Shown: positions 36,059 through 46,493 of the stretch, piece after piece
How the letters are laid out: every line of letters begins with the position of its first letter
Numbering within the stretch: the first letter of the stretch is position 1
Origin: Bacteroidota bacterium
GTDB lineage: Bacteria > Bacteroidota > Bacteroidia > 2-12-FULL-35-15
Length of the DNA stretch: 64,000 nt
Direction of reading: 5' to 3'
Assembly: GCA_023251805.1 (NCBI GenBank)
Contig: JAHEYB010000001.1
Span: forward strand, 104,384 to 168,383
Made by a program: the position numbers and the translations under genes
Notes under the pieces: generated by a model
Databases searched by the model: none
Told to the model about the DNA's origin: nothing
Seen by the model: only the letters and a program-made list of their open reading frames with translations

Positions 36059-37627
36059 TTACTTTTGCACAACAATGCGTTGTTTCCCAAGTATTTTGCT
36101 ATCATTTGCAATTACAATGGTGTACAATCCCGCAGCATAATCAGCAGTAGAAATCTTTTCCAATGATGAATTATTCAATTGTTTTTCGAAAATAATTTGT
36201 CCGGTTATATTATAAACAACAATTTTTGCATGGTGTAAATCTTCATTTTTAATGTTTCCTAATTCAATGTTTACAAAATCGTTTGCAGGGTTTGGGTAAA
36301 CAGTTAAATTAACAGAAGCAGTAGTTTCATTTATTGCAGCCATGTATGAGCAGAAATCATCGGACTCGTAATATTCTGTTGATGTTGAAGCTAAGCCAAT
36401 ACCAATGATATTTACGATTAGCGGATTGATGTTACAAGTTGAATCAACTTCTGCTGCCAAAATTTGTGCATCATCAGTAGTGTTTTCAGGTGCGTAGTTA
36501 TATGCGTTACAAAGTTCTGAAGGGTCTCCCGAAAATTTAAATGCAACAATTGTTGAATCATTTAGATTGGCTAAAAAGCTAACGTTTGTGCTAGGAGAAG
36601 TGGAAAATAGAGTTGTGTTATTGGTCATACCGATTCCTCCGGAAATTCCTCCAATTCCTCTGCTCCACAAAACATTTCCTGTAGCACCCATTTTCGTAAT
36701 CTTATAGTTTGGGGTTTTAGCCAATATAATTAATTCGTTTGAACTGGTTACAGTGGCATCCACATAAGTAATAGCTCCAGATAGGTTTTTCGCATAAATA
36801 AAATTTCCATTAGCGTCCATTTTTTGCACAAAGGTTCCTCCTGTACTTCCATAAGTACCCATAATATAAAAATTACCTAGATTATCTTCCTTAATTGATC
36901 TTGTCCAACGGTAGGAGAAATCTCCAAAAGATCGTGACCAGATTAATGTTCCATCCGGAGCAAAATTTATGATTGTTTCAAAACTATCATCCTTTAAGGT
37001 AGAGATGCAACCGCCACTTGCAGTTACTTCTGTACAAAAGCCCGGACATTTTCCAGTATCTCTTGGACCGGCCACTTTTTTATTCCACATTAAATTTCCG
37101 TTAGCGTCTACTTTAATCAGCCCCATAAAACTGTAAGAAGAAACAGTAATATAATATTCACCTGTAGCAGTTTCATTGAGAGAATGAGCATAATATACAG
37201 ACGCAACTTCCGGAATATTTAATGCCTTTTGCCAAGCAACAACTCCTGTACTGGTAAATTTCACAAGTTGCAAGTCTGCTAAATCGCCAAACAAACACGT
37301 AAATGAGCCAGTTGAAGAACAAGACAATCCTTTAAGACTATAGTTATAAGTAGAGGTTGAAGGAAAAATCAAATTTTTCAACGTAACAACACTTCCGTTT
37401 GAAAGAATCTTTTTAATATTAATAACATTTTCACCTGTTGCCAAACCAATATTAGAAGCAACAATGTTTTCACCGCTTGGTAATGTAGCAATAAAATTAT
37501 TGTCGGAACTTGAAGTAGCAATGCCGGTCATGGCATCACTAATATTAAGCATTACGCTTGCATCGGTTTGAGAATTAGAAGCGGATACACAAAGCACCGC
37601 AGAAAAAAGGAGTAGTAATTTTTTCAT
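36059..37627 (-). CDS. Secreted repeat protein with T9SS C-terminal sorting domain
   Basis: 522-aa ORF with a signal peptide and repeated ..DANGN(L/F)(M/I)W.. / ..PDGTLIWS.. / ..ATGNVLWS.. propeller-like units. CTD: LTVYPNPANDFVNIEL...GLYTIVIANDSKILGKQRIVVQK. Confidence 0.8.
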   Translation of the reverse strand: MKKLLLLFSAVLCVSASNSQTDASVMLNISDAMTGIATSSSDNNFIATLPSGENIVASNIGLATGENVINIKKILSNGSVVTLKNLIFPSTSTYNYSLKGLSCSSTGSFTCLFGDLADLQLVKFTSTGVVAWQKALNIPEVASVYYAHSLNETATGEYYITVSSYSFMGLIKVDANGNLMWNKKVAGPRDTGKCPGFCTEVTASGGCISTLKDDSFETIINFAPDGTLIWSRSFGDFSYRWTRSIKEDNLGNFYIMGTYGSTGGTFVQKMDANGNFIYAKNLSGAITYVDATVTSSNELIILAKTPNYKITKMGATGNVLWSRGIGGISGGIGMTNNTTLFSTSPSTNVSFLANLNDSTIVAFKFSGDPSELCNAYNYAPENTTDDAQILAAEVDSTCNINPLIVNIIGIGLASTSTEYYESDDFCSYMAAINETTASVNLTVYPNPANDFVNIELGNIKNEDLHHAKIVVYNITGQIIFEKQLNNSSLEKISTADYAAGLYTIVIANDSKILGKQRIVVQK

Positions 37628-37769
37628 GAGTCTAGGTTTTAAGTAACTAATATAGAAACAATTATGGAAGAAAGCAAATAATTGGGTAATTATTTTAAAT
37701 TCACTCCATAATTAGGGCAGACGCTGACTCTAAACACACTTTTAAATAAGCCTTTCGAGAGATTAAGAA

Positions 37770-39203
37770 TTAAAACTCAGCTGTTTTCGGAGCTCTGGGG
37801 AATGCGATTACATCACGAATATTTGTCATTCCAGTAACAAACAGCACCAATCGTTCAAAACCCAAGCCAAATCCTGCGTGAGGAGCGGTTCCAAACCTTC
37901 TTGTGTCAAGATACCAATACAATTCATCAGCAGGGATGTGCATTTCGTTCATACGTTTTTCCAAATAATCTAATCGCTCTTCACGTTGTGAGCCTCCAAC
38001 AATTTCGCCAATTCCCGGAAAAAGAATATCCATTGCAGCCACCGTTTTCCCATCTTCGTTTTGGCGCATGTAAAACGATTTAATATCTTTCGGATAATCG
38101 GTAAGAATAACCGGTTTTTTAAAATGTTTTTCTACCAAAAAGCGTTCGTGTTCGCTTTGTAAATCGGTTCCCCAATTTTCAATCAGGTATTTGAATTTTT
38201 TCTTTTTGTTTGGGGTTGAATTTTTTAAAATTTCGATTGCTTCAGTATAAGTTAAGCATTCAAAATTATTATTCAAACAAAAATTCAATTTTGAAATCAA
38301 GTCTAGTTCAGAACGCTCATCTTGTGGTTTTTGTTTTTCTTCTTCTTCTAATCGTGTTTTCAAAAATTCAATTTCATCTGCACAAGTAGCTAATGCATGC
38401 TTGATAACATATTTTAATAAATCTTCAGCAAGTTGCATGTTGTCTTTCAATTCATAAAAAGCCATTTCGGGTTCTATCATCCAAAATTCGGCTAGATGTC
38501 GGGTGGTATTCGAATTTTCAGCACGGAATGTTGGTCCGAAAGTATAAATATCGCCAAAGGCCATTGCAGCAAGTTCGCCTTCTAATTGTCCGGAAACAGT
38601 TAAGTTGGTTGATTTTCCGAAAAAATCTTGTTTAAAATCCACTTTCCCATCTTCGGTACGAGGAGGATTATCAAAATCTAAAGTAGTTACACGAAACATT
38701 TCACCGGCACCTTCAGCATCCGATGCGGTAATGATTGGTGTGTGCATGTATACAAATCCACGCTCATTAAAAAACTGGTGAATTGCAAATGCTAATGCAT
38801 GTCGAACTTTAAAAACGGCATTGAAGGTATTTGTTCTGAAACGTAAGTGTGCTATTTCTCGTAAAAATTCCAGACTATGTTTTTTGGGTTGTAGTGGAAA
38901 TTTTTCGGCATCACTATCTCCTAATATTTCCAACTGTTTCACTTTTATTTCAACTTTTTGCCCTTTTCCTAGTGACTCAATTAGCTCTCCCGTAACGCTT
39001 ACAGCCGCACCTGTTGTTAATCGTTTCAACAAAGTTTCGTCCATTGACGTAAAATCAACAACCGCTTGAATATTATTTATAGTTGAACCATCATTAATAG
39101 CGATAAATTGATTGTTGCGAAAAGTTCGCACCCAACCCTTGACAGTTACTTCCGTTCCATATGCTGTTGAATCCAACAGCGCTTTCACTTTTGTTCTTTC
39201 CAT
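37770..39203 (-). CDS. asnS: Asparagine--tRNA ligase
   Basis: ATG 39203 (the track start 39212 is TTG). Class II motifs ..[24 protein letters not shown].. and ..[10 protein letters not shown].. Confidence 0.93.
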   Translation of the reverse strand: MERTKVKALLDSTAYGTEVTVKGWVRTFRNNQFIAINDGSTINNIQAVVDFTSMDETLLKRLTTGAAVSVTGELIESLGKGQKVEIKVKQLEILGDSDAEKFPLQPKKHSLEFLREIAHLRFRTNTFNAVFKVRHALAFAIHQFFNERGFVYMHTPIITASDAEGAGEMFRVTTLDFDNPPRTEDGKVDFKQDFFGKSTNLTVSGQLEGELAAMAFGDIYTFGPTFRAENSNTTRHLAEFWMIEPEMAFYELKDNMQLAEDLLKYVIKHALATCADEIEFLKTRLEEEEKQKPQDERSELDLISKLNFCLNNNFECLTYTEAIEILKNSTPNKKKKFKYLIENWGTDLQSEHERFLVEKHFKKPVILTDYPKDIKSFYMRQNEDGKTVAAMDILFPGIGEIVGGSQREERLDYLEKRMNEMHIPADELYWYLDTRRFGTAPHAGFGLGFERLVLFVTGMTNIRDVIAFPRAPKTAEF

Positions 39204-39231
39204 GATTTTCAATGTTTCCTAAATAGGTGTG

Positions 39232-39239
39232 CAAATGTA
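39232..39239 (-). promoter_or_regulatory. -7 promoter box TACATTTG for asnS
   Basis: Minus-strand TACATTTG matches TAnnTTTG, about 30 nt upstream of the ATG. Confidence 0.45.
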
Positions 39240-39532
39240 CTAAAATAAAAAAAGCCACCCTTTTTGTTTGAGGTGGCATTTAAATATATCCTCTTATTAT
39301 TTGGTGGAGGTCATGAATCCATAAAAATTTGATGTGAAATAGTTGTATTTGATTCATTCTAAAATAGTCAATGATTTGCTCTTTAAAACAAAAGCGAAAC
39401 AAATTTTGAAATAAAACTTTCATTTTTTATTTGATAATCAATTAGTTAAATAAAAGTAAAGAAAATAATTGAAAGGAAACTTTGGGAATAAAAAATGTTT
39501 CCATAGTTTTGTCGCGATTTATAAAAAAAGCA

Positions 39533-40147
39533 ATGGAAACAAAAGACAGAATAGTGTTAGGTGCTGAAGAACTATTTTTTAAGTACGGGATTAAAAGTGT
39601 TACGATGGATGATATTGCAAAACATTTAGCGATATCTAAAAAAACGATTTACACTTTTTTTAATGACAAAAACGAATTGGTGGAAACATTAATGTCGATA
39701 AAATTAAAACAAGATGAATGTGAATTTAAGCAAATTCAGGACGAATCAGAAAACGTAATTGTGGAGGTGTTTAATATGATGAAACACATGGGCATTATGT
39801 TTTCTAAAGTCAACCCAACTATTTTTTACGACTTACAAAAGTATCATCCCAATGCCTGGAAACAATTTAAAGTGTTTAAACACGATTGTATGGCAAAAAT
39901 GGTGGAAAGCTCAATAGAACGTGGTGTAAAAGAAGGGTTGGTTCGTTCCGATTTAAATGCAAAAATATTGGCACGATTAAGAATCGAAGAAGTTGAAATG
40001 GGATTAAATTCAGATGTTTTTCCTCCTGATAAATTTAAAATGCTAGATGTACAAATTACAATGATAGATCATTTTCTTCATGGAATTTGTACACTAAAAG
40101 GGCATAAAATGATTAATAAATATAAACAAGTTACCGAAGAAGAATAA
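39533..40147 (+). CDS. TetR/AcrR-family transcriptional regulator
   Basis: ATG 39533: METKDRIVLGAEELFFKYGIKSVTMDDIAKHLAISKKTIYTFF (TetR HTH). Lies upstream of the efflux operon. Confidence 0.88.
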   Translation: METKDRIVLGAEELFFKYGIKSVTMDDIAKHLAISKKTIYTFFNDKNELVETLMSIKLKQDECEFKQIQDESENVIVEVFNMMKHMGIMFSKVNPTIFYDLQKYHPNAWKQFKVFKHDCMAKMVESSIERGVKEGLVRSDLNAKILARLRIEEVEMGLNSDVFPPDKFKMLDVQITMIDHFLHGICTLKGHKMINKYKQVTEEE

Positions 40148-40195
40148 GTTATGAAATGCAAAGTATTCATGAATTCATTTAGAGAAAAATCACAA

Positions 40196-41545
40196 ATGAG
40201 TAAAAAATTAATAATTATAATTGGACTTGGATTGTTTTCACCAAACTTTTTTTCTCAAGCAAAAGACAGTTCGGCATTTTCCTTTTCATTGCAACAAGCC
40301 GTTAATTATGCATTAGAAAACCAAAAGGATGTAAAAAATGCAATCATTGACGAACAGATTGCTCAGAAAAGAGTAAATGAAATTATGGGAATGGGGCTCC
40401 CTCAAATTAATTCCAGTTTTGATTTAAGAGAATTTATTGAAATTCCTACGTCCTTAATTCCAGCTGATTTTTTTGGCGGAGCGCCAGGAACATTTGCTGC
40501 CGTTAAATTCGGAACCAAATACAATGCAACAGCAGGGCTTGATGCATCACAATTAATTTTTAGTGGCGATTATTTTTTAGGAATAAAAGCATCAAAAGCA
40601 TTTGTTGAAATGTCTACAAAATCAACGCAACGAACAAAAATTGAAACAGCGGCAACCGTTTCTAAAGCATATTATACTGTTTTAGTAAACGATGAAAGAG
40701 TAAAGCTGATGAATGCAACTATCGAACGAATTAAAAAAACATTAGATGGAACAAAAATATTGTTAGACAATGGATTTGTAGAAAAGATAGATTACGATAT
40801 GTTAACTGTTACCTACAATAATTTATTGGTAGAACAAGAAAAAATTCAGCGATTGGTTACACTCAGCAGTTATTTGTTAAAATATCAAATGGGAATGGAT
40901 ATCAATGCAAGTTTAACTTTAACAGATAAATTGGCAGATATAAAATTAGATATTTCAAATTCCGCTTCCGCCCAAAAATTTGATTACGAAAAACGTGTGG
41001 AGTATAATTTGTTTCAAACACAATATAAATTGGCAAAGCTGGATTTTAAGCGCCAACGGCTTTCCTATTTACCCACAGCATTTGCCTATGGAAGCATGAG
41101 TGGTGGGGCACAACGGAATGAGTTTGACATTTTTGATACTAGCAAAAAATGGTATCCTACAAGTGTCATTGGTGCTAAAGTAACAATGCCCATCTTCACA
41201 GGTTTTCAACGCCATTCAAAAAATCAGCAAGCAAAATTGTCGGTGCAAAAAGCGGAAAATAATATTGAATTTATTAAAAAATCGATCGATTTGGAATTGG
41301 CATCTGCTACTACCATTTTACAAAATGCTTCTTCTTCACTTGAAAATCAAAAAAAGAATATCACCATTGCGGAAGATGTAGTGAGAGTTTCACGATTAAA
41401 ATTTGAGCAAGGGGTAGGAACAAATATTGAAATGATTACTGCTGAAACAAACTTGAAAGAAGCACAAACAAATTATTATAATGCATTGTTTGAAGCAGTA
41501 ATTGCAAAAATTGATTTTGATAAAGCCAATGGAAATTTAAAATAA
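40196..41545 (+). CDS. TolC-family outer-membrane efflux protein
   Basis: ATG 40196 gives the signal peptide MSKKLIIIIGLGLFSPNFFSQA. Two OEP repeats with ..YLPT..AFA.. and a coiled-coil pattern. Confidence 0.85.
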   Translation: MSKKLIIIIGLGLFSPNFFSQAKDSSAFSFSLQQAVNYALENQKDVKNAIIDEQIAQKRVNEIMGMGLPQINSSFDLREFIEIPTSLIPADFFGGAPGTFAAVKFGTKYNATAGLDASQLIFSGDYFLGIKASKAFVEMSTKSTQRTKIETAATVSKAYYTVLVNDERVKLMNATIERIKKTLDGTKILLDNGFVEKIDYDMLTVTYNNLLVEQEKIQRLVTLSSYLLKYQMGMDINASLTLTDKLADIKLDISNSASAQKFDYEKRVEYNLFQTQYKLAKLDFKRQRLSYLPTAFAYGSMSGGAQRNEFDIFDTSKKWYPTSVIGAKVTMPIFTGFQRHSKNQQAKLSVQKAENNIEFIKKSIDLELASATTILQNASSSLENQKKNITIAEDVVRVSRLKFEQGVGTNIEMITAETNLKEAQTNYYNALFEAVIAKIDFDKANGNLK

Positions 41546-41575
41546 AACATATAAAAACATAACAAAATAAAGCAT

Positions 41576-42715
41576 ATGAAAAAAGTAATTTTATTATTTA
41601 GTGTAATTAGTATTCTTTCCGCTTGTAGTTCAGGCCCTGATAAAACCACAAAGGAATTGGAAATACAAAAAAGGGTTGCAGAGTTGGGAGAGTTAAGAAA
41701 ATCGGAAGCCGAAATCAAAGCTAAAATTTCTGCTTTGGAAGCCGAAATTCAATTGTTTTCAGCAGATTCTGTTAAGAGCGGAATTGCTGTTGCAGTTTTA
41801 ACACTAAAAGCAGGAGTGTTTAAAAACTACATTGATGTGCAAGGTCATGTAGATGCCGATCAAAATGTGGCACTGAGCTCCGAAATGCCCGGAACAATTA
41901 CGAAAATAAACGTGAAAACGGGAGATGAAGTAAGTGTTGGTCAAGTGTTGGCAGAAACTGATGCACGTGCAATCAACCAACAAATTTCTGATTTACAAAC
42001 CAATGCCGATTTGGTAAATCAGATTTATGAAAAACAAAAAAATCTTTGGGAACAGAAAATTGGAACCGAGGTGCAATTTCTTCAAGCAAAAACCAATAAG
42101 GAAAGCATGGAAAAAAAATTAACAGCCATGCAAGAACAAATCCGTATGTCCAAAATTATTTCTCCAATAAACGGAACAGTAGATGCCGTAGATGTAAAAA
42201 TTGGGCAAGCAGTAGCACCCGGAATCCCTGCTATTCGTGTTATCAATTTTTCAAATTTAAAAGTGAAATCGGACATTGCCGAAAGTTACGCTTCCAAAAT
42301 TAAAAAAGGAAATGAAGTAATTATACATTTCCCCGATACACAAGATTCGGTTGTAGCAAAAGTAGATTTTGTTTCTCGCGCCATTAACAATTCGAGCAGA
42401 ACATTTACAGTAGAAGTTTTATTGGATAACAAAACAGAATACCATCCAAATATGGTTGCACGATTGAGTATCAATGATTACCAATCTGCTGAAACGGCTA
42501 TTAATATCCCTGTTCGGGCTATTCAAAAAGATGAAAACAATTTGGAATTTGTTTATTTGGCAAATGGAAATTCAGCTAAAAAACAATTAATTAAAGTGGG
42601 GAAAACGTACAACGGAAAAGCTGAAATTACAGAAGGTTTAAAAGCAGGTGATGTTTTGGTGACACTGGGTTACGATATTATTAATGACGGTGATGCTATC
42701 GTTTACAAAAAATAA
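41576..42715 (+). CDS. RND efflux periplasmic adaptor (MFP/HlyD family) lipoprotein
   Basis: 379-aa ORF with lipobox ILSACSS, a coiled-coil hairpin and ..ISPINGTVDAVDVKIGQ.. in the barrel-sandwich region. Confidence 0.88.
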   Translation: MKKVILLFSVISILSACSSGPDKTTKELEIQKRVAELGELRKSEAEIKAKISALEAEIQLFSADSVKSGIAVAVLTLKAGVFKNYIDVQGHVDADQNVALSSEMPGTITKINVKTGDEVSVGQVLAETDARAINQQISDLQTNADLVNQIYEKQKNLWEQKIGTEVQFLQAKTNKESMEKKLTAMQEQIRMSKIISPINGTVDAVDVKIGQAVAPGIPAIRVINFSNLKVKSDIAESYASKIKKGNEVIIHFPDTQDSVVAKVDFVSRAINNSSRTFTVEVLLDNKTEYHPNMVARLSINDYQSAETAINIPVRAIQKDENNLEFVYLANGNSAKKQLIKVGKTYNGKAEITEGLKAGDVLVTLGYDIINDGDAIVYKK

Positions 42716-42731
42716 GAACCCCTTTCCATAC

Positions 42732-42855
42732 ATTCGACTACGCTCAGTATGACAAGAGCGGGAATAATTATGAACAGGGTTAGAAATATAAAAATAATCT
42801 CTGCGAACTCTGCGCCTTCCCTGCCTGCCGGCAGGCAGGTCTGCGCTCTTTGCGG
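42732..42855. repeat. Repeat-filled spacer inside the efflux operon
   Basis: attcgactacgctcagtatgac (42732..42753). CTGCG words and the perfect 20-nt palindrome cctgcctgccggcaggcagg (42820..42839). Confidence 0.75.
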
Positions 42856-42870
42856 TAAAAAAATAGAGTT

Positions 42871-45800
42871 ATGAAATTTAAAGAATTTAAACCATCCAGT
42901 TGGGCAATTGATAATAAAATTAGTGTTTACGTGCTAACCATTATAATTACGTTTGCCGGATTAATGTCATACAACAGTTTGCCAAAGGAAAGTTTCCCCG
43001 ACATTGTTGTTCCTACCATTTATATCAATACGGTGTATGCAGGTAACACTCCAACCAATATCGAAAATTTAGTTACCAAGCCGATTGAAAAACAATTAAA
43101 ATCAATTTCAGGAGTTAAAAAAATTAATTCTACTTCCTTGCAAGATGTGTCGGTGATTATGGTTGAATTTAATACCGATGTGGAGGTTCCCGTAGCAAAG
43201 CAAAAAGTAAAAGATGCTGTAGATAAAGCATCCACCGACCTTCCGAAAGATCTTACAACTCAACCTAACGTAATGGAAGTGTCCTTTTCCGATTTGCCAA
43301 TTATGTATATCAATTTGGCCGGGAAAATGGATTTGAATAAATTAAAAAAATATGGCGACCAATTAAAGGATAGAATTGAAGGGATGAAAGAAATTTCAAA
43401 AGTTCAGATGGTGGGAGATTTGGAACGTGAAGTGCAAATTAATATCGACATGTTTAAAATGCAAGCTGCAAATTTTGCATTGTATGATATTTATAAAGCT
43501 GTTCACGAAGAAAACATGAACATGTCGGGAGGATTGGTTCCAATGGATGGAATGAAAAGAAATCTTTCTATAAAAGGTGAATTTACGGATGTGGATCAAA
43601 TTAGAAATTTGGTTGTTACATCCGGCTCCGGAGTGAAAGTTTATTTGAAAGACATTGCTGACGTTGTTGATGGAACAAAAGAGCAGGAAAGCTATGCCCG
43701 TTTAGAAGGAAAAAATGTAATCACCTTAAACATCGTAAAACGGAGTGGAGAAAATTTAATTCAAGCATCCGACAAAATCAACGACTTGATTAAAACAATG
43801 CAGGAGGAAAATTTTCCGAAAGAATTAAAAATTACTGTTACTGGCGACCAATCGGACCAAACACGTTTGACCTTGCACGATTTGATTAATACCATCATCA
43901 TCGGCTTTATCTTAGTAACATTTGTTTTGATGTTTTTTATGGGAGTAACCAATGCATTGTTTGTTGCGGCTTCTGTTCCGCTTTCTATGTTCATTGCATT
44001 TATGTTTATGCCAACCATTGGTTTTACATTAAATATGATTGTATTGTTCGCCTTTTTATTAGCACTTGGAATTGTAGTGGACGATGCCATTGTCGTCATC
44101 GAAAACACACATCGAATATTTGACAATGGGAAAAAAGACATTAAAACAGCCGCGAAAATGGCGGCAGGGGAAGTTTTTCTCCCCGTGTTGAGCGGAACAT
44201 TAACTACACTTGCTCCTTTTATTCCATTAGCATTTTGGAGTGGTATCATTGGTAAGTTTATGTTTTATCTCCCCATTACACTTATCATTACATTACTCGC
44301 TTCCCTAGCAGTAGCTTATATTATTAATCCAGTATTTGCGGTTGATTTTATGAAGCCTCATGATGAAGACAGCTCCAAAAACAAAAGATGGACGCGTGGA
44401 ACTTCTATTACAACTATTTTGTTCGTTGCAATTTCATTGTTATTACACATAGGAGGAAATCACGCAACGGCAAATCTTGCATTGTTTATTCTAGCGTTTT
44501 ATTTCTTGAATAAATTTTTCTTGAGTGTAGTGATTGAAAAATTTCAAACAAAAGTTTGGCCTGCAGTTCAAAAAAAATATGTTAGTCTATTACTGAGATT
44601 TTTGAAACGACCTTGGTTGGCGCTTTGCGGCACACTTTTACTGTTTGTATTTTCATTTATCTTTTTTATGGTGCGAAGCCCCAAAGTAGTATTCTTTCCT
44701 TCTGGTGATCCCAACTTTGTTTATGTGTATGTGAAATTGCCTGTTGGAACCGATCCAAAGAAAACAAATGATGTGATGATTCAAGCGGAAGAGAAAGTAA
44801 AAGCAGTGTTGGGCGACTCTAATAAAGTAGTGAAGTCAATTATTACAAACGTAACTAAAGGAACAAGCGATCCGCAAGATCAAGACCAAAGTGATTATCC
44901 TAACAGAGGAAAAATTGCCATTTCATTTGTTCAGTACGCTCATCGAAATGGTGAATCTACATCTAAATATTTATCGCAACTCCAAAATTTAAAATGGAAT
45001 ATTCCCGGAGCCGATATTACTGTTTCTAAAGAACAAGCCGGACCTCCCGTTTCAAAACCTATCAACATAGAAGTGAAGGGAGATGACTTTGATGAGTTGG
45101 TAAAAAATGCTGTTCGCTTAAAACAGTTTATTGAAGAACAACACATTGATGGAGTTGAAAATTTGAAATCTGATTTCGAAAGTAATAAACCCGAAATTGT
45201 ATTTAATATAGATAGAGAAAGAGCAAATCGTGAAGGAGTGAGTACGCAAGCGATAGCGTATGAAATCAGAAATGCTGTTTTTGGATGGGAAGTAAGTAAG
45301 TTTCGGGATGAGAATGATCAATACCCAATTCAGCTGAGATATAAATACGACCAACGTAACAATGTGGAAGCTTTGCGAAATTTAAAAATTACTTTCCGTG
45401 ATATGAATATGGGTGGAATTTTAAGAAGTGTTCCTCTTTCTGCCTTTGCCGATATTCAATATAGCAATACGTATGGAGGAATTAAACGTAAAATGCAAAA
45501 ACGTGTGATTACCCTTTCATCCAATGTCTCGGAAGGTTTTAATCCCAATGAGGTAGTTGCAAAAGTGCAGGAAGCTGCAAAAGGATTTAAAGCGGAAGGA
45601 AAAGTAATTGTTGATTTTACCGGAGAACAAGAAGAGCAAAAAGAAACCGGTGCATTTTTGGGCGGTGCCATGCTAACTTCTTTGGGATTGATTTTATTAA
45701 TATTGGTAACTCAGTTTAATTCTGTTGGAAAACCTTTTATCATTTTAACAGAAATTTTCTTCAGTATCATAGGAGTAATTTTAGGAACAGCCATTTTTAA

Positions 45801-46329
45801 AATGGATATGAGTATTGTAATGACCGGAATTGGAATTGTTGCCCTTGCCGGAATTGTTGTACGAAATGGAATTTTATTAGTGGAGTTTGCCGAAAGAGGA
45901 AGAGAAAATGGAATGACATTATGGGATGCAACCTTAGAAGCAGGTCGCACACGTATGACCCCCGTTATTTTAACTTCTATCGCTGCAATGTTGGGATTGA
46001 TTCCACTTGCTGTTGGACTAAACATTGATTTTGAAACCTTGTTCTCCTCCGGAAATCCGCATTTGTATTTTGGTGGTGACAGCGTTGTGTTTTGGGGCCC
46101 TTTATCTTGGACAATGATATTTGGATTAGGGTTCGCTACTTTTTTAACTTTGCTTTTAGTTCCGGCAATGTATTTAATTTCGGAGCGATTAAAACGTAAA
46201 TCGCAAATTATTTTAATACATTATGATTTACCGAATGTGTTAATGTATATGCCATTCTTTATTTTATTTATGAGATTTGTTTTGTATGTAAAAGGAACAA
46301 AATTGGATTATGGTAATTTAGATTACTAG
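42871..46329 (+). CDS. RND efflux permease (AcrB/HAE1-like, 1152 aa)
   Basis: 12-TM topology with two large periplasmic loops. ..GIVVDDAIVVIENT.. and ..GIVVRNGILLVEFA.. signatures. Confidence 0.92.
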   Translation: MKFKEFKPSSWAIDNKISVYVLTIIITFAGLMSYNSLPKESFPDIVVPTIYINTVYAGNTPTNIENLVTKPIEKQLKSISGVKKINSTSLQDVSVIMVEFNTDVEVPVAKQKVKDAVDKASTDLPKDLTTQPNVMEVSFSDLPIMYINLAGKMDLNKLKKYGDQLKDRIEGMKEISKVQMVGDLEREVQINIDMFKMQAANFALYDIYKAVHEENMNMSGGLVPMDGMKRNLSIKGEFTDVDQIRNLVVTSGSGVKVYLKDIADVVDGTKEQESYARLEGKNVITLNIVKRSGENLIQASDKINDLIKTMQEENFPKELKITVTGDQSDQTRLTLHDLINTIIIGFILVTFVLMFFMGVTNALFVAASVPLSMFIAFMFMPTIGFTLNMIVLFAFLLALGIVVDDAIVVIENTHRIFDNGKKDIKTAAKMAAGEVFLPVLSGTLTTLAPFIPLAFWSGIIGKFMFYLPITLIITLLASLAVAYIINPVFAVDFMKPHDEDSSKNKRWTRGTSITTILFVAISLLLHIGGNHATANLALFILAFYFLNKFFLSVVIEKFQTKVWPAVQKKYVSLLLRFLKRPWLALCGTLLLFVFSFIFFMVRSPKVVFFPSGDPNFVYVYVKLPVGTDPKKTNDVMIQAEEKVKAVLGDSNKVVKSIITNVTKGTSDPQDQDQSDYPNRGKIAISFVQYAHRNGESTSKYLSQLQNLKWNIPGADITVSKEQAGPPVSKPINIEVKGDDFDELVKNAVRLKQFIEEQHIDGVENLKSDFESNKPEIVFNIDRERANREGVSTQAIAYEIRNAVFGWEVSKFRDENDQYPIQLRYKYDQRNNVEALRNLKITFRDMNMGGILRSVPLSAFADIQYSNTYGGIKRKMQKRVITLSSNVSEGFNPNEVVAKVQEAAKGFKAEGKVIVDFTGEQEEQKETGAFLGGAMLTSLGLILLILVTQFNSVGKPFIILTEIFFSIIGVILGTAIFKMDMSIVMTGIGIVALAGIVVRNGILLVEFAERGRENGMTLWDATLEAGRTRMTPVILTSIAAMLGLIPLAVGLNIDFETLFSSGNPHLYFGGDSVVFWGPLSWTMIFGLGFATFLTLLLVPAMYLISERLKRKSQIILIHYDLPNVLMYMPFFILFMRFVLYVKGTKLDYGNLDY

Positions 46330-46336
46330 AAAAAAA

Positions 46337-46473
46337 GTAGACAGTTGGCAGTAGACAATTAAAAAATTAAAATTTTATCTACAAACAATTGTCTACTTTT
46401 TTATTTTTTGTCTATTGTCTACTTTTGGTTTTCCTTCCCAACTCCCTTGTTCTCGACTCCACTAGAACTGACA
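46337..46473. repeat. GTAGACA/TGTCTAC motif cluster plus dispersed repeat copy between convergent genes
   Basis: gtagaca at 46337 and 46351, tgtctac at 46390 and 46416, gtctat at 46410. An 11-bp inverted repeat agtagacaatt / aattgtctact. ttctcgactccactagaactgac at 46450..46472. Confidence 0.65.
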
Positions 46474-46493
46474 GGTATTTAATTGCCAGCTGT

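Noticed and set aside
39250-39285. T-box or attenuator leader controlling asnS
   Set aside because: The hairpin lies upstream of the best -7 promoter box (39232..39239). No specifier/antiterminator architecture is visible.
43761-44249. 162-aa minus-strand ORF inside the RND permease gene
   Set aside because: It is antisense to the highly conserved TM region of the permease. Its hydrophobic look is a mirror effect.
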